Below, in pieces: positions 18,689 through 28,416 of a stretch of 64,000 nucleotides of DNA. The notes under the pieces were generated by a model, which did not search any database, had not been told where the DNA came from, and saw only the letters and a program-made list of their open reading frames with translations. Position numbers and translations under genes: made by a program. The DNA is from a virus. Location: UHGV virus genome UHGV-0198810, one strand, 5' to 3'. The first letter of the stretch is position 1; each line of letters opens with the position of its first letter.

Positions 18689-18716
18689 AAGGGTTTGTGT
18701 TTTGCCACAAACCCTT
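18689..18716 (-). terminator. Intrinsic terminator whose U-tract runs into the next -35 element
   Basis: AAGGGTTTGTG/CACAAACCCTT then TTAGTTGA. Confidence 0.7.
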
Positions 18717-18724
18717 ATTTCCTG

Positions 18725-19708
18725 TTAAACTGTTGTAGCTTTTATCTTTTCACCTGTTCGAACTTTCTTTAAAAGTTGTTCAAAAACTTTATCCATAACA
18801 ATGTGTCCATCAAGTATCCTGTCGAAATTCTTTTCTCTATAATTACTTGTTACTCTATTGGGAGCTGTATGACAAGCAAAGTCAGAAGCTGCTTGAGCAA
18901 CTTGGTAAGCGGTTCCAGCAAACTTTACTAAGTCAGGGGCTGACATACAAACCATAAACTTGTCTTTAAGTGCTTCTTTGTTTTCTTTCTTCCTATCAGA
19001 AGCTCCATCTTTTACTGTAAAGACATTGTTAAGTACATTTCTAACTTCTTCGTCACTAACTGTTGTGTTAGCCAACATATCTGCGGTCTTATCAAGTTCT
19101 TTAATATAATTGTTTGCAAGGTCTAAAGTATGTCTTGCTTCTTCAAATTTTGTTTTTAGGTCACCAACGTGTCTTGTTGACCAAGCTCTTTTTGCAGTGT
19201 CAAGAGCGAAATTAAGGGTGTTATTACAAACAACTCTAATTGGTGTACAAATTGCCTTTATACCATTTCTACCGTCATGTCCATTTGTAAAACAAAGGTA
19301 AGGGACAACTTCATCTCCCAGTATTTTCGTTTGAGGCATTTTTGCGAGTAACCAAATTCGTCGTCCGTCAAATAAAGAACCTGCTGTTTCATAGGTTACA
19401 CCTTCTCCAAGAAGTGCCTCTGTAAAATCAAACGCTTCAGTGTTCTGTACGACTTGGTATCTGTTACCAACCATTCCAAGAAATTTTCCGTCCGTAGACC
19501 TAACATTTGCTTTGTAACCTTCTATAACTGAATTGTCAATTCCATTAAGAACATCTGTTTGAACAACTTCCCAATCAAGTCCTGCCAGTTTAATAGCTTC
19601 GGCACTTGTAGGGGCTTTTTCTACCGAAGTTCCTAATCCGTGCCAAGGGGTGAATCTTTCATTTTCCTCATTACTTACATAAAACATTGTTTCAACTTCT
19701 GCTGACAT
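18725..19708 (-). CDS. DUF932 / TIGR03299-family phage-plasmid protein
   Basis: PWHGLG, AGLDW.V, YQVVQN.EAF.F, ETAGSL..G, N.HDG, TPIRVVCNNTL. Confidence 0.9.
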   Translation of the reverse strand: MSAEVETMFYVSNEENERFTPWHGLGTSVEKAPTSAEAIKLAGLDWEVVQTDVLNGIDNSVIEGYKANVRSTDGKFLGMVGNRYQVVQNTEAFDFTEALLGEGVTYETAGSLFDGRRIWLLAKMPQTKILGDEVVPYLCFTNGHDGRNGIKAICTPIRVVCNNTLNFALDTAKRAWSTRHVGDLKTKFEEARHTLDLANNYIKELDKTADMLANTTVSDEEVRNVLNNVFTVKDGASDRKKENKEALKDKFMVCMSAPDLVKFAGTAYQVAQAASDFACHTAPNRVTSNYREKNFDRILDGHIVMDKVFEQLLKKVRTGEKIKATTV

Positions 19709-19782
19709 TTTGTTTTCCTCCTTAAATAATTGTTTTATTTAATTTACACTTACAGTATAGTATATTTTTAGTTAACATTCAA

Positions 19783-20352
19783 CTAAAACTTATTTGAAGT
19801 TATTTCTTTATGTAGTTTAATGAAATCCCAGGCCTCTGAAATGTTTTTAACTCGTACATCATAATAACTAAGTGGACAATTGCGATTATACGGTTTATCA
19901 ATAAGTATTCTTATACCGTCACTATTTTTAATATTTTCTTCATAATCATCAATTATATAATCACATTTTATAATATCTTTATGTGAAGTAAAAATTATGT
20001 CAGAAGCTTTAAGTACATTACCAAAATGGTTTAATATAGAATCTTCCATTTTCGCCTTGATTGTTCGATAATCAGAATCAGTAACTATATAAACAATGTT
20101 GTCTTTCTTCATCTCTTTTATAACGTCAATATAATTGTTACTAACAGGAACGTTTAACCAAAAGTATTCATTATATAAGGGTTCAAAAATTTCTTCTTTT
20201 GAAAGTGTTGGAAAAACTTTAGTCATATCCCAGTTACACACTTCGTTTACACTAACCTGTGTTCCGTGTTTGTTATTTAACCAGTTAATCCAGGTTATTA
20301 ACATATCGTTTAATACTGAGTCATAATCACATAATATAATATCGTTAGACAT
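19783..20352 (-). CDS. 5'(3')-deoxyribonucleotidase (HAD, NT5C-like)
   Basis: DYDSVL motif I, K...DYIIDD, PYN. Confidence 0.85.
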   Translation of the reverse strand: MSNDIILCDYDSVLNDMLITWINWLNNKHGTQVSVNEVCNWDMTKVFPTLSKEEIFEPLYNEYFWLNVPVSNNYIDVIKEMKKDNIVYIVTDSDYRTIKAKMEDSILNHFGNVLKASDIIFTSHKDIIKCDYIIDDYEENIKNSDGIRILIDKPYNRNCPLSYYDVRVKNISEAWDFIKLHKEITSNKF

Positions 20353-20430
20353 ATTTGTAACTCCTTAAATTTATGTACTTATATTTTAATATTCATTTAT
20401 TAAATAATCAACTAAAAATAATTGTAAAAT

Positions 20431-20458
20431 AAAAAACCGGTATTAAATACCGGTTTTT
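20431..20458 (-). terminator. Intrinsic terminator after tRNA-Gln
   Basis: AAAAACCGGTAT/ATACCGGTTTTT. Confidence 0.75.
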
Positions 20459-20495
20459 AAGTAAAGGAGGACACAAAAATATAACAAACAATATA

Positions 20496-20569
20496 TGGCA
20501 GGAATAAGTTGATTCGAACAACTACTACAGCAGTCAAAGTGCTGTGTGCTACCGTTACACCATACTCCT
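20496..20569 (-). tRNA. tRNA-Gln(TTG)
   Basis: AGGAGTA/TATTCCT acceptor, CAGCA-CTTTGAC-TGCTG, TTCGAAT T-loop, G73-CCA. Confidence 0.9.
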
Positions 20570-20656
20570 ATATCAAAAGGCCTGGCACATAAAGGAAGGA
20601 AGATAAATAAAACAATACTAAATACTACGGAGGTATGTACCAGGCCGAGGAATAAT

Positions 20657-20980
20657 TTACATTTCTGACTCTACTTTATTAAGCGTATTTCGATAGTTAT
20701 CAAGTTCGGCACTAGAATCATTTACATACTTTATCATTTTTCTAAGATAGTTTTTAGCTTCATAGTACTGTTTAAGAGCCTCGCGATATTTTTCACTAGC
20801 TCTTTTGTATCTTTTATTTCCAACAAGAACGTCACAACGACATTTTGCAAGTCTGGCACCCTTAAGAGGGTCATATTTATCATTAGCAGAACAAACAGCC
20901 TTACATTTAATAGTTTTGCCGGCATAATGACTTACACAATAAACTATGTGTTTATCATCATTGAAATAATATCTATACAT
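20657..20980 (-). CDS. Conserved hypothetical phage protein
   Basis: S.YAGK...A.C...D.YD..KG..LA..RC followed by a coiled coil. Confidence 0.65.
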   Translation of the reverse strand: MYRYYFNDDKHIVYCVSHYAGKTIKCKAVCSANDKYDPLKGARLAKCRCDVLVGNKRYKRASEKYREALKQYYEAKNYLRKMIKYVNDSSAELDNYRNTLNKVESEM

Positions 20981-21166
20981 TTTTCCAAATCTCCTTATCC
21001 AAATTTACATACATATTATATAATATAAATGTAAAAATTTTCAACTAATTTTTAATATTTCAGTTAACCTTTACAACAATATCATTTGTTATCTTGTAAA
21101 GTATACAAATATCGGGTGATGGATGAAAATACTCTAAACATAATAATTATTTAATATCCAAAGGTT

Positions 21167-21358
21167 TTAAACATATATTTCCTCACCCGAGTGTGGTCCA
21201 AATTTATTTTGATATTTAAATCTGTACGATGATTTGGTAACAACACTAGGTGAGTAATGATATAAAGTGTCATCTTCCAATTTAATATAAATTAAAGGGT
21301 CATCATCCCCACTAAGTATAAAACCTTTACTTTCTGTAAGTGTGTACTTAATTTTCAT
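21167..21358 (-). CDS. Hypothetical protein
   Basis: Downstream of the promoter at 21440. Confidence 0.45.
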   Translation of the reverse strand: MKIKYTLTESKGFILSGDDDPLIYIKLEDDTLYHYSPSVVTKSSYRFKYQNKFGPHSGEEIYV

Positions 21359-21479
21359 AATCTTTAAACCATTTCCATTCTACCATTGTATCGCTACCTA
21401 AATTTTATACTTAAATTATAGTAAATATTAAATGAATTATCAACTAAAAAATACATTATTTTTAAAAATGTGAAACATA

Positions 21480-21511
21480 ACGGGGAAAAGACCGTTTTGT
21501 CATTTTCCCCG
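21480..21511 (-). terminator. Terminator after endolysin
   Basis: CGGGGAAAA/TTTTCCCCG stem. Confidence 0.65.
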
Positions 21512-21535
21512 TATCACAATTTAAATAAAAATAAA

Positions 21536-22618
21536 TTACTTGTAAATCTTAAGTACCTGTCCAACATAAATCCTGTTAGGATTAGAGATACCGTTGTCAG
21601 AAGCTATCTTACGATAGTTTGTATGGTATCTTACAGCAATACTAGAAAGGGTATCTCCACGCTTAACAGTATAAGTTACATAAGAGGGTTTGGGTGTACC
21701 GACTTTATTATTTACAATATTTTGGATAGTATCATAATCGTAACCCGCTGCGATTAACTTATTCTTACGTTCAGCTCCATTACCCCATTGTCCCTTAAGT
21801 ACTTCGTTAGCAATTTCTTCATTCGATTTAACAGGAACAGTTTTATTCAATCTTTCGTTAACAATTTTTTGAACAGCACTATAGTCGTAACCAGCTTCTG
21901 TTAAACGTTGTTTACGTTCATCACCGTTACCCCATTGTCCGTTTATAATTTCCGTAGCAATTTCTTCATTTGATTTCTTTACAGGAGCAGTATCGGTTGT
22001 AGTATCAGAAGATTTAATAACTTCATTATACATAATGTTCATATCAACATTTCCTGAAATACCGTCTACAACACCCTTTGACGAATACTGCCAAATATCA
22101 TATGTTCTTGTAAAGTCGTTAACCTTCGAGGCGTATTCTGCCACCCACTTACTAACATTGTCGTACCAAGCATCGGTCATTTTCTCGTTCCAGAATGCCG
22201 AGCGTGACGAATAAATACCCATCTTATAACCAGCTGCAGTTAACTGATTATAAAATTCTTTCATTACCTCTAACATTTTCTCGTTACTAATTGTTCGCCA
22301 ATCAAGTCCTTTTGTATTCTCAACATCAATGTACACAGGACCATCAATAGTCTTACCATTAAGTAATCTCTTAATATGAGACATTTCACTAGTTACTTTA
22401 CTTGTTGTTAAAGCATAACTAAAGAAATATACCGAGACAGGAATACCTACCCTGCGACACTCAGCATAGTTTCTTTCAAACTGTTTGTCATCTTGTGATT
22501 TAAGGTCATTACCAAGACCACAACGAATAATAGCGAATTGTACACCAGAAGCCTTTACTTTGTCCCAGTTAATTTCGCCTTGATATTTCGACACATCAAT
22601 ACCTTTAAATTCTGCCAT
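21536..22618 (-). CDS. Endolysin: GH25 muramidase + 2x Cpl-7 (CW_7) + LysM
   Basis: [24 protein letters not shown]; two KSNEEIA.E...G.WGNG.ERK..L..AGYDY repeats; [12 protein letters not shown]...NPNRIYVGQ. Confidence 0.95.
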   Translation of the reverse strand: MAEFKGIDVSKYQGEINWDKVKASGVQFAIIRCGLGNDLKSQDDKQFERNYAECRRVGIPVSVYFFSYALTTSKVTSEMSHIKRLLNGKTIDGPVYIDVENTKGLDWRTISNEKMLEVMKEFYNQLTAAGYKMGIYSSRSAFWNEKMTDAWYDNVSKWVAEYASKVNDFTRTYDIWQYSSKGVVDGISGNVDMNIMYNEVIKSSDTTTDTAPVKKSNEEIATEIINGQWGNGDERKQRLTEAGYDYSAVQKIVNERLNKTVPVKSNEEIANEVLKGQWGNGAERKNKLIAAGYDYDTIQNIVNNKVGTPKPSYVTYTVKRGDTLSSIAVRYHTNYRKIASDNGISNPNRIYVGQVLKIYK

Positions 22619-22649
22619 ATAATAATCTCCTTTTTAATTATTTAATATT

Positions 22650-22823
22650 TTAGGTAAGTGTTTCTTTGTAAGGACATGTTTCTAAACACTTGTCTAAGTC
22701 ACAATAAGTGTCATATACAGCGTCGAACATACTGTTATTCTGTTCTATCGCTTTTTCTTTTATTGAGTCTCCAACAGGACATTCATCACACTTTAAATAT
22801 TTTGTTCTATCAAATATATCAAT
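22650..22823 (-). CDS. Small Cys-containing protein, probable ATT/ATA start
   Basis: IDIFDRTKYLKCDECPVG...CDLDKCLETCPYKETLT* fills the gap; AAAGGTGG upstream; no ATG/GTG/TTG near the 5' end. Confidence 0.5.
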   Translation of the reverse strand: MDIFDRTKYLKCDECPVGDSIKEKAIEQNNSMFDAVYDTYCDLDKCLETCPYKETLT

Positions 22824-23007
22824 TACCCACCTTTACATATAACCCACAATGACAAGGTCCAGGGTCATTACAGTTTATAAAATCTTTACACATACATTTA
22901 GTGTCTTCATTTTTAACTAAACGACAAGGACAATATCCATCATTATCTTTTAATTTCTTTCTAATGGAGTTTACAAGACTTTCGTCATTATTGACGACTA
23001 TCCTCAT
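22819..23007 (-). CDS. Ferredoxin-thioredoxin reductase catalytic-subunit-like Fe-S protein
   Basis: GYCPC...KCMC...GPCHCGLY, the FTR beta-type triple Cys-pair signature. Confidence 0.85.
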   Translation of the reverse strand: MRIVVNNDESLVNSIRKKLKDNDGYCPCRLVKNEDTKCMCKDFINCNDPGPCHCGLYVKVGN

Positions 23008-23008
23008 T

Positions 23009-23482
23009 TTAACTTATCACCTCAGCATATTGATTGTCACTTACTAAATCTATTCCTAATATTTTGTCATAATGGGGTTTTTGATTGGGAATAAATCTCC
23101 CGTATTTGATAATGATATTTTTATATTTACTTAACCAAAGTACTTTATCTTGTAACTCATCTTTATAATATCCTGTGTAGATAACAATTTTTGCATCAGT
23201 ATAATTTCGCGCTGTCTTTACTAAGCTCTTTAAATCTTCCCAACTATCAAAAGGTTCCAATCCTCCACAAACAATTGCTTTTGTGATATTGTTATTTATG
23301 AACTTTTTAACAATGGATTCTTCCGTTACATAAATATCTTTTTCATTTGTAAGGGAGATGTTTTGACAAACACAGTTCCCATTTTCCTTGTTACATTTGA
23401 AAGAACACTTTGGAAAGATTATAAACATTGAAGGTTCTTTGTAATTACAGAAATCCTCGTATATTATATCTTTAACAAACAT
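23009..23482 (-). CDS. nrdG: Anaerobic RNR activase (radical SAM)
   Basis: CSFKC...CQN, GGLEP, IYTGY, KYGRF, SDNQ; directly follows nrdD. Confidence 0.88.
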   Translation of the reverse strand: MFVKDIIYEDFCNYKEPSMFIIFPKCSFKCNKENGNCVCQNISLTNEKDIYVTEESIVKKFINNNITKAIVCGGLEPFDSWEDLKSLVKTARNYTDAKIVIYTGYYKDELQDKVLWLSKYKNIIIKYGRFIPNQKPHYDKILGIDLVSDNQYAEVIS

Positions 23483-25408
23483 TTACATCACCATGTCGTG
23501 TTCTAATACCGAGTACCATTTACGCATATCCCCTTCTCTACGGCGAACCGTTTGCCAACTACTAACAGGGGTGTAGAAACCTACAACTCTACGGTATTTA
23601 TCCTTAACGCCTTTTCCACACATAGGACACTTTGTAGTTCCTATGAAAGAGTGCCCATCTTCACACACATTTATTGTAGTGGTAAACGCCGAATATATTA
23701 CCTTATGTTCTGCAAGGTAGTTTAACATTTCCCAAGCAGCTTCTTCTGTCGGAAATCTATTTTCAATGTTAATGTGTGCAATAGCTCCTCCGCTACAAAG
23801 ATTGTCTAATACACTACTTACAGCACACTTTTCTTCAATAGTACATTTTTCATAAAGGGGTATCCACTGATTGGAATAAATGAAGTACTTGTTCTTACCG
23901 TATAAAAGGTTATCAGCTTTAGCTAATACTCCCGCAGCGTTTTCAGCAGGTATCTGTTCAATATTAAACGTAAACTCGTCTGTAAAATTATCTTTCACAT
24001 CATTAAGGACATTAAATATATCTTTTGCAAACTCAATACCCTCTTCTGTGTAAGACTTGTATCCCAATTCATCTGTTTGAATGAAACCAAACTCACACAT
24101 AACTTCATACATTCCAAGAATACCTATAGTACAGTATTGTTTATCAAGTTCTACGGCACCTTCTTGATAATTTGGAAGTAACCCTTTTTCAATATTACGT
24201 TTAAGTATATGTCGCATAGCATATAAAGCCTGACAATCAAGGGTTGTTCTCTCTCTTAATTTATCTAAGTATCTTTTCTTGTTGCACTTAGTTTCATAAG
24301 CAATACGTACAAGGTTTATTGTAGAAACACGACAACTACCTACACTAAGAGCACTACCACCTACACTATTTTGGAAAGCTGTTAATTTTGAAGTGTCTGA
24401 AAGTAATCTACAACAATTAGATAACGAGGTTACTTGGTCACTAATAAATAAATTACTATCAGCCCATTTCATGTTATGTTTACTAGCCCAACGAGCAAAT
24501 TCCTCGTCTTGAAACTTACCGTCCTTGTAAAGAAATGACATAGTTAAAACAGGAAAAGTAAACATTTGTTCTGAACGTATGTCAGACACAACTCTCATAA
24601 AGTCTTTTTGGAACTGCATTATTTCTTCAATACTGTCTATTGCAAAAGTTCCGTCAGGATATTCAAGTCCCCCAAACAAGGCCTCTAAGTATTTTCTATC
24701 GAATATCGACATATTTGTAAAGGCACTTTGGTCAATCCTTAAAAAGGGCTGGTTAAGTCTAAATATCAACTTTTGGAAACACTGGTCTCTGTAATATCCA
24801 GGGTCTTTTATGTAAAACCCTGTCTCAATATCCTTTTTCCAGAACCAATATGCCCATATCAAAATATTTGGAAGTCCTACTGCTCCACTTTGTCTATTAG
24901 ATAAAAAAGATATAAACTCTATGCAGTCATCAAGAAATGTAGTTAAATGTTTTGCTGGTTTGTTGTTATAATTGTTTCCGAGGAAGAATAGTCCTTCGCG
25001 AGCTAATCTTGATAAGTCTTGTGCCCAACAATAGGCGAATAAACTACATGAAGTACTATCATTAAGATAAAAACCTTTACTAAATTCTTGTTCCAACCAA
25101 TCTTTAGCTACTTTAAGTCCAAAAAACTTCTTTATCTCTATAAAGACTTTATTGAGTCCAAAAAGTTTGTCAGAACTTTTTCCTTTTTCAGTCATAAAGG
25201 AACGTATGTCACGATGACTGGAATTGGCGTTAGGGTCAATTGAGGCATCAGCCAAGTTTTCAGCTACAATAAAATTTTTCAAAAATTCAGAATAATCTAA
25301 TTGTGACTCGTCAACACCGTTAAGTATTTCAAAATCGTTGCCATATTTTATACGCAGGGCATTGAGGGTGCGTTCAAAATCTTTGTTAAGTTTCAACTCG
25401 ATTTGCAT
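23483..25408 (-). CDS. nrdD: Class III (anaerobic) ribonucleotide reductase
   Basis: N.QSGAVG, FTFPV, SNCCRL thiyl loop, EQIPAE, Zn site C..GH...CPMCG, glycyl-radical RVVGFY. Confidence 0.93.
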   Translation of the reverse strand: MQIELKLNKDFERTLNALRIKYGNDFEILNGVDESQLDYSEFLKNFIVAENLADASIDPNANSSHRDIRSFMTEKGKSSDKLFGLNKVFIEIKKFFGLKVAKDWLEQEFSKGFYLNDSTSCSLFAYCWAQDLSRLAREGLFFLGNNYNNKPAKHLTTFLDDCIEFISFLSNRQSGAVGLPNILIWAYWFWKKDIETGFYIKDPGYYRDQCFQKLIFRLNQPFLRIDQSAFTNMSIFDRKYLEALFGGLEYPDGTFAIDSIEEIMQFQKDFMRVVSDIRSEQMFTFPVLTMSFLYKDGKFQDEEFARWASKHNMKWADSNLFISDQVTSLSNCCRLLSDTSKLTAFQNSVGGSALSVGSCRVSTINLVRIAYETKCNKKRYLDKLRERTTLDCQALYAMRHILKRNIEKGLLPNYQEGAVELDKQYCTIGILGMYEVMCEFGFIQTDELGYKSYTEEGIEFAKDIFNVLNDVKDNFTDEFTFNIEQIPAENAAGVLAKADNLLYGKNKYFIYSNQWIPLYEKCTIEEKCAVSSVLDNLCSGGAIAHINIENRFPTEEAAWEMLNYLAEHKVIYSAFTTTINVCEDGHSFIGTTKCPMCGKGVKDKYRRVVGFYTPVSSWQTVRRREGDMRKWYSVLEHDMVM

Positions 25409-25411
25409 ATA

Positions 25412-25630
25412 CTAATTAGTTCCTCTTCCTTGATTATTAACCCATTCTACAGCTTCAGTAAATCTAAGTAGTTTTCCTTCTACTTCGAGAAGAGGAACTT
25501 CGTCAAAACCTTTTGCAATAAGTTCGTTTACATCAAAATTTGTTTTCAATGTAAAGTCTATATTAGCGTTATGAAGTTTCTTAAGTAACACCTCACATTT
25601 TGGACATCCTGTTGAATATAGCGTTACCAT
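25412..25630 (-). CDS. nrdH: NrdH/glutaredoxin-like redoxin (start MVTLY at 25630)
   Basis: LYSTGCPKC..LKKL...VPLLEV; AAGGAG RBS before 25630. Confidence 0.85.
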   Translation of the reverse strand: MVTLYSTGCPKCEVLLKKLHNANIDFTLKTNFDVNELIAKGFDEVPLLEVEGKLLRFTEAVEWVNNQGRGTN

Positions 25631-25646
25631 AATTACTCCTTTCTTT

Positions 25647-25820
25647 TCAATGGTTAAAGGTATTCTTAGGGGTAAAAGCTCCACAAGGACCTTCAGTGCC
25701 ATGACAACCGTGTGTATAATTAGCACAAGCCCAACATCTCTGTTTGTCCCACTTTCTTTGAAGTGCTCCTTCACTCAATTCACTAAAACTATAAGTAGGT
25801 TGTTTAAATTCAATACTCAT
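25647..25820 (-). CDS. 57-aa four-Cys protein heading the RNR module (not in the ORF track)
   Basis: AAAGGAG RBS; MSIEFKQPTYSFSELSEGALQRKWDKQRCWACANYTHGCHGTEGPCGAFTPKNTFNH. Confidence 0.65.
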   Translation of the reverse strand: MSIEFKQPTYSFSELSEGALQRKWDKQRCWACANYTHGCHGTEGPCGAFTPKNTFNH

Positions 25821-25930
25821 AAATATTACTCCTTTATATAAATTTTACAGAAATTTGTTTTTCTGTTTAATCGTATTATAATAGAGTAATATATTTATTT
25901 CAACTAAGTTAACATAAACCGATAGTTTAT

Positions 25931-26134
25931 CTATCGGTTTAACATCATTAACAATTGGTCACCGTTTGCGACCTTTCTACCATAAAAATCTCTTGTTACG
26001 TTTAATTTTTTATCGTATTTACCCTTAATTCTTCCATAAAAATCTCGGATAATTTTATTTCCGGTACGGGAATCTGTTTCAACGAAACCTATTATCTTCC
26101 CTGTCCAATCTTTTATCTTCTCTTTATGAACCAT
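25931..26134 (-). CDS. Hypothetical protein with RDFYGR repeats
   Basis: KDWTGK / RDFYGR / RDFYGR repeats. Confidence 0.65.
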   Translation of the reverse strand: MVHKEKIKDWTGKIIGFVETDSRTGNKIIRDFYGRIKGKYDKKLNVTRDFYGRKVANGDQLLMMLNR

Positions 26135-26531
26135 CCAAAAACAACTCCTTCATATTAACAATCCTTGACAAGGCTTCTTCTACACTTAATACGTTGACTT
26201 GAGTTATACCTTTTCGCCTGTCGTTAACAAATATATCTATCGCTTTCTCCAACTTTGCTGGATTAAACTGTTGGTAGTCGTATACAAATGTTCTAGGTAT
26301 TGTATAATCATTCTCCTGGTCAATTATTTGTGGTCCGTATTGAATTATTTTACTGAACCCGTCTTTTGTTTCAACTATAAATAAGTATTCACAGAAGTTA
26401 TCATTTATACACGAAAGTGCAAACTCTCCAATATTATCTATTTCAAATGTACCATTAGATTGTCGAACATAGTAATAATTGAATGAAGGCATATCAATCA
26501 ACAACCTCGTATTTAGTAATGTAAACCTCAT
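26124..26531 (-). CDS. Hypothetical protein (likely start MPSF at 26492)
   Basis: GAGGTTG RBS before 26492. Confidence 0.6.
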   Translation of the reverse strand: MRFTLLNTRLLIDMPSFNYYYVRQSNGTFEIDNIGEFALSCINDNFCEYLFIVETKDGFSKIIQYGPQIIDQENDYTIPRTFVYDYQQFNPAKLEKAIDIFVNDRRKGITQVNVLSVEEALSRIVNMKELFLDGS

Positions 26532-27090
26532 GTGCTATACGAATTTCATAGTCCCCGTTATCAAGTAATTGTTTATGTTCTCTAGACCTAAATTCTCCTG
26601 ACACTTTTAACTTTGTGTCTACACATTTAGAGGATAATTCTTTCGCTATTTTACCCCAACATATACAAGGAATATATGAATTCAACCTTTTTTGTTTATC
26701 CTCGGATACAATATTATTTGCCAGAATAAAGTGTAAGTTATCCTTACCTGTACGTGTTTTTCTTATTTCACTTATTTTACAAATCCTGCCATCTAACTCA
26801 ACACTATTTACAACATCCGTTTCCGGTTTGTCAAAGTAGGTAAAAACGTACATATCCACTTTATTTTTGTTATTACTAACCTTATGCGAATATGACCTAA
26901 TGTTTCCAGTTAAACTAACTATGTCATTTTCTTTGTACGGATTAGTAAATTTTTTAAACTTTATATTCAAGACATCTTCAGTTCCATTATCTCGAGGTAC
27001 AAGTAATTTAGCTTTATTGAATTCAATTCCTTGTATTGTGTGGGAAGGTTCAATATCTTTGATATAACCTTTCAAAGTAACTTTGTTCAA
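26494..27090 (-). CDS. ssb: Double-OB-fold single-stranded DNA-binding protein (Clostridial type)
   Basis: NKVTLKG..G.IRSY; N.VELDGRICK..RKT..G..ILA.N..YIPCICWG..G.FRSRE..EV; TTG at 27090 after AGGGGTG. Confidence 0.85.
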   Translation of the reverse strand: MNKVTLKGYIKDIEPSHTIQGIEFNKAKLLVPRDNGTEDVLNIKFKKFTNPYKENDIVSLTGNIRSYSHKVSNNKNKVDMYVFTYFDKPETDVVNSVELDGRICKISEIRKTRTGKDNLHFILANNIVSEDKQKRLNSYIPCICWGKIAKELSSKCVDTKLKVSGEFRSREHKQLLDNGDYEIRIAHEVYITKYEVVD

Positions 27091-27104
27091 ACTATATTCA
27101 CCCC

Positions 27105-28412
27105 TTATACACACATTTTCCACTGTCCATTATCATAAACATATGGCACTGCGGATAACCATTTTTGTTGTTTTTCATCGTATACAAAAACTGCAGCTGG
27201 AGTTGGGACGCTTGTCGGTTCCGTAAAAACTCTTGCACACCCGGTAGGTGTGTTTGTTACAGTATTTGAATGATAAGTTACATTATTTGAATCTTTAGTA
27301 GCATAAGCTGTTCCTGATATAGGAACATTGGGAACACCTGTCACCCTAAATGTACATTTTGTTGTAGCTGTAGTTGTGGTGTTAACTATTCGTGTGCCGT
27401 CATTGAGTAATAAATACCAGTTACGACATGGGACATCACTTTCCGCTGTGTAGACAATATCTAATCCTTCTACAACACTAGTTAATTTAATTATTGGATA
27501 AGTCGTATCACAGTTAATTGTTGTTGAATTGTCAATACGAGTATTGTCGAGTCTTTGTAAAGTGATGTTGTAAGAACGGTTTGTGTTCTCACTTAGATTA
27601 ACATTAAAAGTTCCTTTATAATTTTGTGTGTTACCAACATAAACCCCTTCGAACCATACACTAGAATTTATATCAGTATCTAAACTTAATATTCCGGAAG
27701 TATTATCAGTAACTGTTATTTTTACATTATTTATAGCAGGCCTTCTACAATCCCATGTTACGGTTGGACTTTGTCCCCAAGGACCATTTACACGCTTTGC
27801 CCAAAGATAAACAGTGTGAATAGTAGGACTTATATTACTTAGTGACCACGTACCATTTGTAGTAGCTTGTGACCAATATGTTGTGTCTCCTGTACCGTCT
27901 AAGTTGTACATCCAAATGTCACAACTTACATCACTACCAGCTTCCCAATATAAGGAGGATGCAGTACAACCTGCATTACTTAACCACACATTTGGAGGGG
28001 CATAAGCCGGTGCCCCAACTACTACTGACCAAACAACTTCCCAAGTATTTTTTGCGGGACACCCACAACTTGATTTTGTCCAAATTTTTAGTGTGACAGT
28101 ATCTCCATAGTTAGTTGTAGAAACAGTTACATTACCACTATACCTTCCTGAACTCCATTTATTTGGACTAGTAGGTTTGTGATATATTTCTACTAGAGGA
28201 CCATCATCAATACTTGCAGCTACACCAAGGGTGTAACCAAAGTACGAATACTTACCTGTCATTGCATTTAAGGACGCACTTACATTACATGTAAGAGTCG
28301 AACCATTTCTGTATATGTCCCCAAAGGTTACGTTAGAGGTTATTATAGGTGATTGGGGATAATAGGTATTAGGGGCTCCGTGTACGGTTACTACTCCGTT
28401 CCAACTTGACAT
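27105..28412 (-). CDS. Probable minor virion/tail fibre-type protein
   Basis: Thr/Ser/Trp-rich beta composition; C-terminal VY....W..AVPYVYDNGQWK. Confidence 0.6.
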   Translation of the reverse strand: MSSWNGVVTVHGAPNTYYPQSPIITSNVTFGDIYRNGSTLTCNVSASLNAMTGKYSYFGYTLGVAASIDDGPLVEIYHKPTSPNKWSSGRYSGNVTVSTTNYGDTVTLKIWTKSSCGCPAKNTWEVVWSVVVGAPAYAPPNVWLSNAGCTASSLYWEAGSDVSCDIWMYNLDGTGDTTYWSQATTNGTWSLSNISPTIHTVYLWAKRVNGPWGQSPTVTWDCRRPAINNVKITVTDNTSGILSLDTDINSSVWFEGVYVGNTQNYKGTFNVNLSENTNRSYNITLQRLDNTRIDNSTTINCDTTYPIIKLTSVVEGLDIVYTAESDVPCRNWYLLLNDGTRIVNTTTTATTKCTFRVTGVPNVPISGTAYATKDSNNVTYHSNTVTNTPTGCARVFTEPTSVPTPAAVFVYDEKQQKWLSAVPYVYDNGQWKMCV

Positions 28413-28416
28413 TTAA

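Noticed and set aside
20734..20925. Alternative-frame minus ORFs (20734-20925, 40598-40789, 51423-51605)
   Set aside because: Nested inside better-supported genes, with no clear RBS
25631..25774. N-terminal hydrophobic extension on NrdH (ORF-track start 25774) or a holin
   Set aside because: An RBS supports ATG 25630, and the region is occupied by the 57-aa Cys-rich gene in another frame
27105..28412. Diversity-generating retroelement target
   Set aside because: No reverse transcriptase or template/variable repeat pair seen in the window
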